From a virus (taxonomy: Duplodnaviria; Caudoviricetes): 52,535 nt of DNA. This document shows positions 1-9,162 of this stretch, piece by piece. Positions within the stretch are counted from its first letter, which is position 1. Each line of letters opens with the position of its first letter. The translations under genes were made by a program, and so were the position numbers. The notes beneath the pieces were generated by a model. The model worked only from the letters and a program-made list of their open reading frames with translations, searched no databases and was not told the DNA's origin. The DNA lies in the IMG/VR virus record IMGVR_UViG_3300047510_002055, positions 1 to 52,535 of that record, one strand, 5' to 3'.

Positions 1-237
1 ACCTAACGCCTTGCCCGCTGATGTTAATTTATCCTTTGCGGACTTTAAGTTATCGGTTGACTTCTTTTCTTCTTTCTTAGCGTTGGTTGATGCAGTAGTG
101 GCTTGAGTATTCTCTTTAATTGCTTCGGTTGTTTCTTTTTGGGCATCAGCTAAATTTTTAGTAGAATCTACCAATAGGTTTAGATATTCTACTGCTAATT
201 CTGCCAACGATTTTAAATCTGAGAAATCATCTGCCAT
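1..237 (-). CDS. Probable tape measure protein, N-terminal part (runs off the left edge of the window)
   Basis: Not in the ORF track. I read ATG at 237 and an open frame to base 1: MADDFSDLKSLAELAVEYLNLLVDSTKNLADAQKETTEAIKENTQATTASTNAKKEKEK... It is helical and Ala/Lys/Glu-rich, and lies directly after the chaperone-like genes. The TMP call is inferred from position and composition. Confidence 0.55.
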   Translation of the reverse strand, partial: MADDFSDLKSLAELAVEYLNLLVDSTKNLADAQKETTEAIKENTQATTASTNAKKEEKKSTDNLKSAKDKLTSAGKALG

Positions 238-240
238 AGG

Positions 241-453
241 TTATCTCTTATTAGGTTTACTACGCTTTTGTGTTTCTTTGTACGCTGCTGCTTCTTTTGT
301 TTTTGCGTCTTCCAATTGTTTCATATGGAAATTGCGTAAGTAGACCGGCATATTATAAGCTTGTTCAAAATCAAACGCCCCATTACTATAATACGCCATT
401 GTAAATAACATTTTGTGAATTTCGACCTTATGCTCCGAGGTCAGGCCAAAAAA
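241..453 (-). CDS. Small tail-assembly protein; probable frameshift extension of the 428-1180 product (or translated alone from ATG 411/399)
   Basis: The frame is open across the U7 run (FFGLTSEHKVEIHKMLFTMAYYSNGAFDFEQAYNMPVYLRNFHMKQL...) and its stop lies 3 nt before the next ATG. The position matches gpGT-type chaperone extensions. Confidence 0.6.
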   Translation of the reverse strand, partial: FFGLTSEHKVEIHKMLFTMAYYSNGAFDFEQAYNMPVYLRNFHMKQLEDAKTKEAAAYKETQKRSKPNKR

Positions 454-1180
454 AGTTTGCCCCAAAGGGCATCCTCGCTTTGACAATGTTTTGACAATCA
501 GAACAACTGACATTCAAATCAAAATTAATATCAGGAGAAACCTTTCTATATGCTTCTCGTAATGCGCGAACATCACGAATAATCATTGCTTCTGCGAACT
601 CACGAACTGCCTTACGGTCACGGTTACCATTAAAAGAAGTGATTATATACTTTAATCGTGTAGTAGAATCACTTTCGATTGAATTATTAAATTTCTTCAA
701 TCCGTTGACCTCTGCAGTAATTTGTTTTTCATCTGCCCGAGTCAACAACTTAAAGGTAACCACCACACCAGTAGGTAATTTCACTTCGTATTCACCTGCA
801 TGGGTATCGTTATCAGCTTCAATAGTATTTAGTGTTGACAAATCTACTATATGCTCAAACTTTGTACCACAAGCACCGCAGGCGAGTTCGATAGGATAGT
901 CTTTTCCATATGCTAAAATACGAGCGGCAACCATTACTGCATTTAAATCCCCAATCAATAAATCATCGGGTTTGACGCCTGGTGTGACAATTAAACTTTC
1001 CATCAACTTGTCAATTACCACACCCTTTTGAATCAAATTGGTCGAGGTCAAGATATCTTCTTCCTTAGCGGTCATATACTTGACATCGACTTTTCCACTT
1101 CGTAACGGACTCCCCTCAGAATAGAACTTCCCACCACTTGGAAGGTCTATCGTTTCTGTCGGGAAATTGTATTCTGCCAT
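428..1180 (-). CDS. T4 gp26-like baseplate hub / tail assembly chaperone protein
   Basis: N-terminal 'IDLPSGGKFY...VKYMTAKEEDILTS' and 'DLLIGDLNAVMVAARILAYG' segments, two CxxC pairs (CGAC, CSDC) and a C-terminal FFWP. AGGAG RBS upstream. Confidence 0.7.
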   Translation of the reverse strand: MAEYNFPTETIDLPSGGKFYSEGSPLRSGKVDVKYMTAKEEDILTSTNLIQKGVVIDKLMESLIVTPGVKPDDLLIGDLNAVMVAARILAYGKDYPIELACGACGTKFEHIVDLSTLNTIEADNDTHAGEYEVKLPTGVVVTFKLLTRADEKQITAEVNGLKKFNNSIESDSTTRLKYIITSFNGNRDRKAVREFAEAMIIRDVRALREAYRKVSPDINFDLNVSCSDCQNIVKARMPFGANFFWPDLGA

Positions 1181-1214
1181 AATAACTCCTTAAACTATTT
1201 GGTTTTACCACCTA

Positions 1215-1224
1215 TATAAATATC
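1215..1224 (-). promoter_or_regulatory. Putative late-promoter motif (GATATTTATA on coding strand)
   Basis: One of eight copies of TA(T/C)TTAT in front of genes; about 35 nt upstream of the ATG at 1180. Confidence 0.55.
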
Positions 1225-3112
1225 AATCGTCTACATTTTTAGTAGAAATATCCTGCTTATAAACCTGGTTTATTTTACTGACAAATTCCTTAAAATAGGA
1301 CTTTGACCGTTCTGGGGTGACCAATGCTCCGTCTACTACCAAGTCTGCCACCTGCTGCTTCTCTTTGAGGATATCCCGCATATATTCGTCAATGGTATCA
1401 GCGCATAACATATAATAGACTTGAACTTGACCCGTTTGACCGATGCGGTGGGTTCTGTCCTCTGCTTGTTCGTGGTTTGCGGGAACCCAATCACAATTGA
1501 GAAAAACAACTGTATCTATCTGATGTTGGAGTCCGTCAATACCCATACCTGCTGCCATCAAACTGAACAATCCAACTTTTGCTTCACCCTTGGTTAATCG
1601 GTCAATGGTATGTTGCCGTTCCTTACTATTCATTTCACCCGTTAAGAGTGCAGCTTTGTCTCCATACTGTTCAGCCAAGAACTTTAATGGAGCAAGGTAA
1701 TTACTGAAAATAAGGATAGGTTTATCGTTATCCAAGAATTCATCCACCATCTCCACCAATCGGGGTATCTTCTTTTTAATCAAGAAGGTTTGAAGTTTCG
1801 GCATGTGACCAATGGTCGGCTTCTCCACCTTCCAACGACCAAAGACTTCTCGTAATAGTTCTTTGTATTGTTTCTGTTCGTCCTTCGTCAATTCCACATA
1901 CAAGTCATTGCGTTGTTTTGCTGGAAGTTCTGTAAGGATTTGTTCTTTCTTTCTACGTATAACCAAATCTTTCGTTCTATCATGCAAGTCTTGGAGATTG
2001 CGGGGTGCTTCTCCTTTCCACCCGCCGTAACGTTGAGTGAAATGAAAAAAGTTATTGAAACGTTCTTTGTCAAGGAAGTTCAACAAAGCAAATGCTTCAA
2101 TAGGACGAGACATGACAGGAGTACCGGTGAGGAAGATACAGTACTTCGTTTTAATGCCGGGATATTTTCGTCGTTCTTTATAAGAACCTAAAATAGACTT
2201 TGCTCTGATGGTTTGTCTGTTTTTTAGATAGGTAGCCTCGTCACATACCAGCAGGTCAAACTCTTGCTTTCGTAAATCATTGACCACCTTACCGACCGCA
2301 TCATAATGGACGATGTGGAACTGATTCGACAGCTTTCCATCATAACTCTTACTATCCCAGATGGTGGCATCTTTGCCCGTGAACTTTTTGATTTCACGCT
2401 TCCAATTGACCACGACTGATAAAGGACAGACGATAATGGTTTTGAGTTTCTTGTGTTGGGCAAATCCAATAGCTTGTGCAGTCTTACCCAACCCAGGCGC
2501 ATCGGCAATCAAGCAACGACCATCTGCTCGCTCCACGAACTTGACACCGACTTTCTGGTATGGATAGAGTTGGAGTTGCATCCCCTTAATGTCAAATTCT
2601 ACATCTTCTTTGACTCGAATCTCATCCAAATCTTCACGGCGGTCTTTGAGTTTCTCCAGTAAGTTCAATACCTTGTCATCACATTTGATATTGGTTGGAC
2701 CGAATACATTAAATGCTTTGGGGAGATGTACCGCAGGAAACTCCCACCACTTTTCTTCCCCGTTCCACTTTCGACCATCCACTTCATACTTGAACTTTGC
2801 CATCAAGGTGGGATTATATGGCATAACAACTACCGCAGTTTTACTATCCTTTAAATGAATAGTAACTGTGGTATCTGTAGATGTTTGTGGTGTATTGGTG
2901 ACAGTCGGATTATTGGTTCTCGCTATCTTTAAGTGCGAGATATCTTCACCTTTAAGAGTCAATGTCGCCGCTTCTTTCCAGACTTCGGGAATCCCGACAG
3001 TCTGTGTCATCCAAGTTAGGTATGACTGATTATTATAATATATGTGGGCGAGTGAGTGTCCTCTGAACTTCCCGAATGTCAGTATCGCGTTATTCGCTGA
3101 CTGATGTAGCAT
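1223..3112 (-). CDS. SNF2-family (SMARCAL1/HARP-like) helicase/ATPase
   Basis: Q-motif LYPYQ, Walker A 'ADAPGLGKT', 'IVCPLSVVVNW', Walker B 'CDEATYLKN', motif III 'LTGTP' and motif VI 'QAEDRTHRIGQ'. Small N-terminal 'FGKFRG...YLTW' domain. Confidence 0.9.
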   Translation of the reverse strand: MLHQSANNAILTFGKFRGHSLAHIYYNNQSYLTWMTQTVGIPEVWKEAATLTLKGEDISHLKIARTNNPTVTNTPQTSTDTTVTIHLKDSKTAVVVMPYNPTLMAKFKYEVDGRKWNGEEKWWEFPAVHLPKAFNVFGPTNIKCDDKVLNLLEKLKDRREDLDEIRVKEDVEFDIKGMQLQLYPYQKVGVKFVERADGRCLIADAPGLGKTAQAIGFAQHKKLKTIIVCPLSVVVNWKREIKKFTGKDATIWDSKSYDGKLSNQFHIVHYDAVGKVVNDLRKQEFDLLVCDEATYLKNRQTIRAKSILGSYKERRKYPGIKTKYCIFLTGTPVMSRPIEAFALLNFLDKERFNNFFHFTQRYGGWKGEAPRNLQDLHDRTKDLVIRRKKEQILTELPAKQRNDLYVELTKDEQKQYKELLREVFGRWKVEKPTIGHMPKLQTFLIKKKIPRLVEMVDEFLDNDKPILIFSNYLAPLKFLAEQYGDKAALLTGEMNSKERQHTIDRLTKGEAKVGLFSLMAAGMGIDGLQHQIDTVVFLNCDWVPANHEQAEDRTHRIGQTGQVQVYYMLCADTIDEYMRDILKEKQQVADLVVDGALVTPERSKSYFKEFVSKINQVYKQDISTKNVDD

Positions 3113-3314
3113 CAGTATTTTCTACCTTGACATATGTGAGACTATCTAAATCTAATCTCCACCCCTCACTTGGGTTAAGATTCAACATTCGCATCATTTC
3201 TTCATTTGCTTGCATAACCTTAGCAGTTAAATCTGCTTGGTGAATCTTTAATAATTGATTATTACTTTCAATTAAATGACGAAGTGCTAAGGGTACTGGA
3301 ACCATTTGTGCCAT
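3090..3314 (-). CDS. Hypothetical protein (74 aa)
   Basis: ATG with a GGAAGG RBS, downstream of a sigma70-like promoter, overlapping the helicase start. Confidence 0.65.
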   Translation of the reverse strand: MAQMVPVPLALRHLIESNNQLLKIHQADLTAKVMQANEEMMRMLNLNPSEGWRLDLDSLTYVKVENTDATSVSE

Positions 3315-3341
3315 AAATTACCTTCCGTTAGTGTTTAATTA

Positions 3342-3370
3342 AATTTAAAATATAGTTTATTATTTGTCAA
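3342..3370 (-). promoter_or_regulatory. Sigma70-like promoter TTGACA-N17-TAAATT
   Basis: Perfect -35 (3370-3365), 17-nt spacer and -10 TAAATT (3347-3342), upstream of the 74-aa ORF and the helicase. Confidence 0.65.
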
Positions 3371-3867
3371 GGGATACTTGGACGAGGAGTAGGTATATAC
3401 AAGGAATCTGGGCAACCAGCTAATGCTTGTGCGGCACTACACGTGGTTGGGATTTGCATACATACAATACTATATTGTGACCCCGATGGTACGTTATAAT
3501 TAGCACCCCGAATGCCTCCAACAAAAAACTGTGCGGATAATGATGGTTCTAAACTAATACAACGAACTGTACCATCTGGACACGTTAATACGTCTGTTCC
3601 TTTTGATCCTGTTGGACCTTGATTTCCAGTAGCACCAGATACCAGTAATGATGGATTTGCACTTGCGGAAGCTTGGCATATTTCTAAAGTTACACTTAAT
3701 CCAGCAAATCCAGCAGATGGTGTACTTCCACTTGCAGCCGCATATGATGCAGTTATAACTGTAATTGTATTTGATGTCGGTGCACTAGCAGTGACTGCTG
3801 ATAGTGAATGACTTATGTTTTGTGTTGTAGCTGCTTGACTACCACCAAAAGGAAAATAATATGACAT
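3367..3867 (-). CDS. Small putative virion protein, Ser/Thr/Ala-rich with short collagen-like tract and Cys-rich C-terminus
   Basis: 'GATGNQGPTGSKG' Gly-X-Y tract and six Cys. N-terminus MSYYFPFGG resembles those of its two neighbours. Confidence 0.6.
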   Translation of the reverse strand: MSYYFPFGGSQAATTQNISHSLSAVTASAPTSNTITVITASYAAASGSTPSAGFAGLSVTLEICQASASANPSLLVSGATGNQGPTGSKGTDVLTCPDGTVRCISLEPSLSAQFFVGGIRGANYNVPSGSQYSIVCMQIPTTCSAAQALAGCPDSLYIPTPRPSIP

Positions 3868-3878
3868 ATTAAATTATG

Positions 3879-4436
3879 TTATAGTGATTCATTACATACA
3901 CCCAACGTCTGCAAGGTGCCACTACCATCTGTGGAATATGCTGTTCCGTCAGGTTCGTATGCACCGAGAGTCTGATTATTTGCTGGATTGGTACACACGC
4001 TATTAAAGAACATTGGACTGCTTCCTGCGCTTAATCCCGCATCCGTACTGTAAACTGTTATGTTCGGACTACCGAAATCACAATACCGTGTCCCACCCAC
4101 TACATATGATGAATAGAATATATATTCGTAACAATTTACTGGTGCCGATGAACAAGACGCGCCGCCTTTACTTTCATCATGCCATGAACTTGATATTAGA
4201 TACACGCTATTACCACGTGGGCCTGTTACTCCTCTTGACCCCTGTGCTCCCTTCGGTCCTGATATCGGTCCTGCACTAGTACCGGCTGCCCCAGTAGAAC
4301 CAGTGATGTTTAATGCCAAACTTGCGGTGACGGGTACCGCAGCAAAAGTTTGAATAAGCGACCCCGTTCTAGCGACACTGGCACTTACTGCAAATCCTAG
4401 TTCATTTACAGCTATATTGTTGGGATAAAATTGCAC
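3879..4436 (-). CDS. Small putative virion protein with short collagen-like tract
   Basis: GTG start, 'GPKGAQGSRGVTGPRG' Gly-X-Y tract and a Cys-containing C-terminal domain. Confidence 0.6.
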   Translation of the reverse strand: MQFYPNNIAVNELGFAVSASVARTGSLIQTFAAVPVTASLALNITGSTGAAGTSAGPISGPKGAQGSRGVTGPRGNSVYLISSSWHDESKGGASCSSAPVNCYEYIFYSSYVVGGTRYCDFGSPNITVYSTDAGLSAGSSPMFFNSVCTNPANNQTLGAYEPDGTAYSTDGSGTLQTLGVCNESL

Positions 4437-4437
4437 G

Positions 4438-4701
4438 TTATGGTACTCCTACGGGTAAAGATACACCACCAGCTGCACCACCGATTCCTTGTAATCCAAT
4501 ATCTCCAGTTAATCCTGGTGTAAAACTACAACTACCATTCGCGCCATTTGCACCAGGAACTCCTGATGTAGCGTACGATGCACTGGTGATACGGATAGCA
4601 TAACTCGCTGATAGTGCATAACTCGACAATGACGCAGTAGTTGCGAGAGTAGTATTATATATTTGGTTTAGTGAACTAGACCCAAATGGATAAAAACGCA
4701 T
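4438..4701 (-). CDS. Small putative virion protein with SASYA repeats and collagen-like tract
   Basis: MRFYPFGSSS N-terminus, 'SSYA/SASYA' repeats also seen in the fibre proteins, and 'GVPGANGANG...GLTGDIGLQGIGG'. Confidence 0.6.
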   Translation of the reverse strand: MRFYPFGSSSLNQIYNTTLATTASLSSYALSASYAIRITSASYATSGVPGANGANGSCSFTPGLTGDIGLQGIGGAAGGVSLPVGVP

Positions 4702-4704
4702 AGA

Positions 4705-6141
4705 TTAATCTTCTAAGTTATAAATGGTAAGGTCTGCATTTAACGAACCAGAATATACCGTAGTCACATTAGATAGGTTTTCTAATATGTAACTTGTTCT
4801 ATTTACCCCAGGACTATAATTAGGGTCATCCCACGTATATGCTTCCAACACAGGAACTAAAGGATACTGATAACTTGCTGAATCAAACATCATATCAGCT
4901 ATAAGTTTTGACCCAGAGTTTGGAACATTTCCGAACGGTCTGATTTGTTCTGCTAAAGGTACATCTTCAATATCCGTAGAATATAGTCGTATTCTAGCAG
5001 CGTAATCAGTTACATTTTCTACGGTAAATCCAGTAAACCATCCATAACCGGGACATACTAATGGTTGAAGGTCATATGTTGGAGAAGTACATACTGGTGC
5101 ACCAAATCCATAACCTGCAGGATATGGTCCATCAATAAATGTACCAATTAATATGGACGATGTACCTGCTGCAATACTGAAGTCTTGGGAAACATATTGC
5201 CAACTTGCCGAAGGCATAGCAGTTGCTTTTATGTAATCATATAATGGGGCGCCGCCGCTGTCCGTTGCTAACGCAAAAAATCCACAAGCGTAATTACCAA
5301 ACAATGTATCGTTTGCAGTTCCGTCATAGGTGGCATATACCCAACCAGAAATTCTATATACATTTCCTACGTCTACTGGTAGGTAGTAAAAACTATTATC
5401 TTTCCAGAATGTAGAGGTACGTGATGCGAGTTGTCCGGCATATAACGTAGACCCAACTGGAATTTCTGGAAATTGTTGTGTTACTTTTGTTGGGTCCGTG
5501 GTTGTGTGTAATTCACTTGTTAACGAACGAGTTTGCCAGAATTCCCAACCATCGTTATCAACCGATGCGTTTCCACGTTCCCATTGCTGGTCTACATTGA
5601 AATTATAAGTACCCTTAGCCTTCAAGATTGCAAAACTTTTTGGGGTGGTAATACTTCCACTAACTCCGTATATCGACCCACCCGTGACCAATACTTGTGA
5701 CCCACTGATATGAATAGCTTCTTTGTTATCTTCGCTGTCACCTACATTACTTAAAGCGTAGGTGGTAAGGGTAACGTTCTGTAAACCAGAACCACTAAGA
5801 TTGTACCATACTAGTCCACCAGTATTGGTGTGTCCAATGACAGGTGGTGCAAATACTAATTTTTCTGTCGTGGTCAGATTGATATCAGCAATTAATCCTA
5901 CCGATTGGGACAAGTTGAAGTTTCCAGCTGCACGGTTAGCATCTATAACCATACTGGATGAATCTGTATATAATCTAAGTCGTACTGGTGGGTTTGTGGA
6001 TACCTTGGCATCCAATAACACAAATGCCCCACCCATTGTTTGGAGTGAGGAACTTGCGATATCACCAGACCCCGCATCTTTAGAGATGACGGTTTCTGTC
6101 CGTGTATTTACGTTGCGTGAGAATTGGTTTATAAATCCCAT
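4705..6141 (-). CDS. Putative virion protein with a duplicated domain and an inserted carbohydrate-binding-like module
   Basis: Two related units ('VRLRLYTD...GLIADI' and 'ARIRLYST...KLIADM') and a central beta-sandwich-like region 'YRISGWVY...WQYVSQDFSI'. Preceded by the late motif. Confidence 0.55.
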   Translation of the reverse strand: MGFINQFSRNVNTRTETVISKDAGSGDIASSSLQTMGGAFVLLDAKVSTNPPVRLRLYTDSSSMVIDANRAAGNFNLSQSVGLIADINLTTTEKLVFAPPVIGHTNTGGLVWYNLSGSGLQNVTLTTYALSNVGDSEDNKEAIHISGSQVLVTGGSIYGVSGSITTPKSFAILKAKGTYNFNVDQQWERGNASVDNDGWEFWQTRSLTSELHTTTDPTKVTQQFPEIPVGSTLYAGQLASRTSTFWKDNSFYYLPVDVGNVYRISGWVYATYDGTANDTLFGNYACGFFALATDSGGAPLYDYIKATAMPSASWQYVSQDFSIAAGTSSILIGTFIDGPYPAGYGFGAPVCTSPTYDLQPLVCPGYGWFTGFTVENVTDYAARIRLYSTDIEDVPLAEQIRPFGNVPNSGSKLIADMMFDSASYQYPLVPVLEAYTWDDPNYSPGVNRTSYILENLSNVTTVYSGSLNADLTIYNLED

Positions 6142-6169
6142 ACTGTGGTTTACTCTTAAAATGTACTCA

Positions 6170-6179
6170 TATAAATATC
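6170..6179 (-). promoter_or_regulatory. Putative late-promoter motif (GATATTTATA)
   Basis: Intergenic, about 29 nt upstream of the ATG at 6141. Confidence 0.55.
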
Positions 6180-6210
6180 GTAGTAATAATAAATTACATC
6201 GTTTATACTA

Positions 6211-6834
6211 TTACGTAGAGGCAGAATAATTAAATACTTTATAATCGTCGTAGAATAAATACTGCACTAATTTTACAAAATTATCGTCAGTAAAGTTTAA
6301 ATGGCTCAATTTATTATCTTTTGTTACTCCAACTCGTTCTATTTTGCTTGTATCTATACCCAGATTCACGCTGAGCCATTCGTTAAACTCAGACAAATTC
6401 TCATATTTGAACCAGTGTACCTTTGGGTGATAGGCCCAATGTACTTGTGTTTTGAAGAAGGATTCGTGATAGCCGATGTAATCTACACCAAATATAGTTG
6501 TCAGCGGTATATCATCTTTAGGTATACAATTCTGATGAAAGTTGTCATACAAAAAGTTGACTAAGTTTTCTATGGTATCCGATGGCATTTTGCCAAATAT
6601 ATCTAGTTCTGCTAAATGTTTTAGTGCAGACACAAATCGAGTTAGAGGATTTCGTATTACAGTAAACCCCTTATATTGCTTTTGATGTTGCAAATATAAT
6701 TCGTGAAAAGTAAAATGAAAATGTAATTTAGGTTCGTCATATGCATAAAATAGCTTTGAATATGCTCTAGTTCCCGTCTTTGGTACCTTTACCCAAATCC
6801 ACTTTTGATTATTTATTTTTGAAGATATTATCAT
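6211..6834 (-). CDS. Sulfotransferase family 2-like protein
   Basis: 5'-PSB-like 'VKVPKTGTRA', 3'-PB-like 'FTVIRNPLTRFVSA', 'FKYENL' and C-terminal 'YDDYKVFNY'. Confidence 0.75.
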   Translation of the reverse strand: MIISSKINNQKWIWVKVPKTGTRAYSKLFYAYDEPKLHFHFTFHELYLQHQKQYKGFTVIRNPLTRFVSALKHLAELDIFGKMPSDTIENLVNFLYDNFHQNCIPKDDIPLTTIFGVDYIGYHESFFKTQVHWAYHPKVHWFKYENLSEFNEWLSVNLGIDTSKIERVGVTKDNKLSHLNFTDDNFVKLVQYLFYDDYKVFNYSAST

Positions 6835-7624
6835 GTGTAAGTCTGGTTATAATACTATCAGCAATTACCCGATGGCATAGTTTTGACGGATGGTAATCTC
6901 TCCGCGGTTTCTTAAAGTTAGCGTAATCAGTTGCGATAGTTAATTCAGGTCTAGAATTTTCGATTACTTGAAAAATTTCACCAGTGTTAAATATTAAGTT
7001 TTTAGAATCTGTTATAGATGTAGATCTGGGAATAGAAGCGAGTATTTCAGACAGTAATCCAAATTTTGGTTTTAAAGGATTATCCATTAAATCAGAAATA
7101 GTTTCGTACCTTTCACCTTTGTACTCCAATCGTATTAGTCTGTCCGTTAACCATGTATGTTCTTTTATGTATGGAAGGATAAAATTAGGCCAACACAAAA
7201 TATATATTGGAAACTTGTGTTCATACTTTTGTAAAAACTGTAATACTTGAAGAACGTCCGATATTTTAGACTGTTCCATATACTCATCTAGCGTAAGATT
7301 ATTTTGTTCTAACCACTTAACAAAAATCTTTTCGTGCCTCCTCATCACATCAATATGTGACGTTTGTGGTAACACTGGGCTATCACTTCTCATCCACATA
7401 GTAAACTGAAACACAAACGCATCCACCGTATCATTTTCAAAAAAAGATTCCCACCACTTAATAATTTGTGTGTGGGAACCCCCTCGGAATGATTGATTTA
7501 ATGACTCAACATTGAAATGAGATGCTACTAGGTGCGAAAATCTACTAGTTTCCTTATTTCCTTCATAGTAGTCTAGACCATCACCATAAGTAAACGAACA
7601 CCCTGCGAAACCAATTTTTTTCAT
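6809..7624 (-). CDS. SGNH/GDSL-like hydrolase or acyltransferase
   Basis: Block I-like 'FAGCSFTYGDG', block II-like 'NQSFRGGS' and block V 'DYHPS'. Confidence 0.6.
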   Translation of the reverse strand: MKKIGFAGCSFTYGDGLDYYEGNKETSRFSHLVASHFNVESLNQSFRGGSHTQIIKWWESFFENDTVDAFVFQFTMWMRSDSPVLPQTSHIDVMRRHEKIFVKWLEQNNLTLDEYMEQSKISDVLQVLQFLQKYEHKFPIYILCWPNFILPYIKEHTWLTDRLIRLEYKGERYETISDLMDNPLKPKFGLLSEILASIPRSTSITDSKNLIFNTGEIFQVIENSRPELTIATDYANFKKPRRDYHPSKLCHRVIADSIITRLTHDNIFKNK

Positions 7625-7637
7625 AAAATATTAAATA

Positions 7638-9146
7638 TTATGCACAGAAGCCACCGGCACAAAATGCACCTTTACCACAATCTGCATTATAATAGCATGC
7701 GGCAGTAACTACGGTTAACGTATCCACGCCATCAACTTCGGTGAGATATTTTTCAATTTCTACCGAATCTAATTCACTGGGAGATGTGTTATATACACCG
7801 ATACTATAGCGGGTATTGTATTCAGTACCTTCCGTATCAGTAGATATCACTTGTATAATATATTTCCCGACTTCAAAATCAGATGGAGACGTGATACTTA
7901 AAGTAAGGGTGTTACCAACATATGAACTACTTATCCACGAAAATGCTTTATATAATGTTGGACCTACGTTAGACATAATTGTATAATCTTCATGAGCTGC
8001 GGCGGCAATAGGTAACGTAGTGGTAAATGTAACTTGTGTTGTTACTCCACGTTGTACTGGAAACATAGATGCGAAGGGCTTATCCCAAATCTTAAGAGCG
8101 GTAATGAATGGAGCCTTAATCAAACGATTAGGTGTAGTACCATATACTGATTCATTACGGAACAACATATCTTCAAACGCAGAATCTAGAACTAGTGTTT
8201 GAATTTGCTGTGCTGTGAATGATGAGGCTTCTTTAATATACTGGGCTACAACACCAGAGACTATAGCCGCACTAACTGAAGTTCCTGATATTTCTCCGTA
8301 TCCATCGATATTTGCAACGTGTACCCCAATTCCAGGAGCAGTTATATCAACTTCGGGCCCCCAGTTACTTGATGCTCCTGTTGCCCAAGAAATAACTCTA
8401 TCATATAAGTCAGATGCAGCAACACCAATTACAGTATTTAAACCAACTGGAGACAGTGTATCTGCTGCAACTCCGGTGTTACCTGCTGCAGCAACGACTA
8501 CTAAGCCGGCATTTTGTAACTCTGTGACTTTATTATCTAGTAGTTGACTCTTTGGTACTGTCCATGAACAGTTTACAACCTTTACTCCAGAAGTCAATAA
8601 ATGGTCAGTCAACACTGCGTCAAACGCAGTTAGTAGTTGTCCGATTGTCACAGCCCCAAATGGTATCTTTACATTCTTAACAATTGCATTCTTAGACACA
8701 CCTCTGGTTTGTCCATTAATTAAACTTGCCATAGATGTACCGTGACTAATAGTATCGGTATAAAATCCATCGTAGGTATATAAATTTTCAATAGTAGAAC
8801 CAGTAAATTCTTCGTGATGTGCATTTATACCAGAATCCATAAGATATACCACTACACCATCTCCGTGGCTGATTGGATTGTAAATGGTTCCCATCGGTAA
8901 TGCATTAGTAACCAAACGAATTTGGTGCCAATAAGCTTGTGGAGTCACGGTGGTACCTGCATCCAACTCTACTAATACGACGCCGGAAATGGCTTCAATC
9001 GTTGCTGCCGATACATCATCGGCTACTTCCAATCCTATGACACGAACTTTTTCTAATGTATAAAGTACAGTTCCATAAGTACCCAACGTTTCAACTAATA
9101 GTGTAACATTGGTGTCCGAAGCATACGCGATATTAAATGTTTTCAT
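7638..9146 (-). CDS. Subtilisin-like S8 serine peptidase with N-terminal prodomain and C-terminal extension ending in a Cys-rich peptide
   Basis: Catalytic Asp 'YLMDSGI', His 'SHGTSMASLI', oxyanion 'AAAGN', 'VDITAPG' and Ser 'SGTSVSAAIVSG'. Confidence 0.9.
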   Translation of the reverse strand: MKTFNIAYASDTNVTLLVETLGTYGTVLYTLEKVRVIGLEVADDVSAATIEAISGVVLVELDAGTTVTPQAYWHQIRLVTNALPMGTIYNPISHGDGVVVYLMDSGINAHHEEFTGSTIENLYTYDGFYTDTISHGTSMASLINGQTRGVSKNAIVKNVKIPFGAVTIGQLLTAFDAVLTDHLLTSGVKVVNCSWTVPKSQLLDNKVTELQNAGLVVVAAAGNTGVAADTLSPVGLNTVIGVAASDLYDRVISWATGASSNWGPEVDITAPGIGVHVANIDGYGEISGTSVSAAIVSGVVAQYIKEASSFTAQQIQTLVLDSAFEDMLFRNESVYGTTPNRLIKAPFITALKIWDKPFASMFPVQRGVTTQVTFTTTLPIAAAAHEDYTIMSNVGPTLYKAFSWISSSYVGNTLTLSITSPSDFEVGKYIIQVISTDTEGTEYNTRYSIGVYNTSPSELDSVEIEKYLTEVDGVDTLTVVTAACYYNADCGKGAFCAGGFCA

Positions 9147-9162
9147 AAATGATTCCTAAAAA

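Noticed and set aside
1215-1222. TATAAATA on the plus strand as T4-type late promoters driving antisense transcription
   Set aside because: No plausible plus-strand genes follow, and the motif keeps a fixed distance to minus-strand start codons, so the minus-strand reading is preferred.
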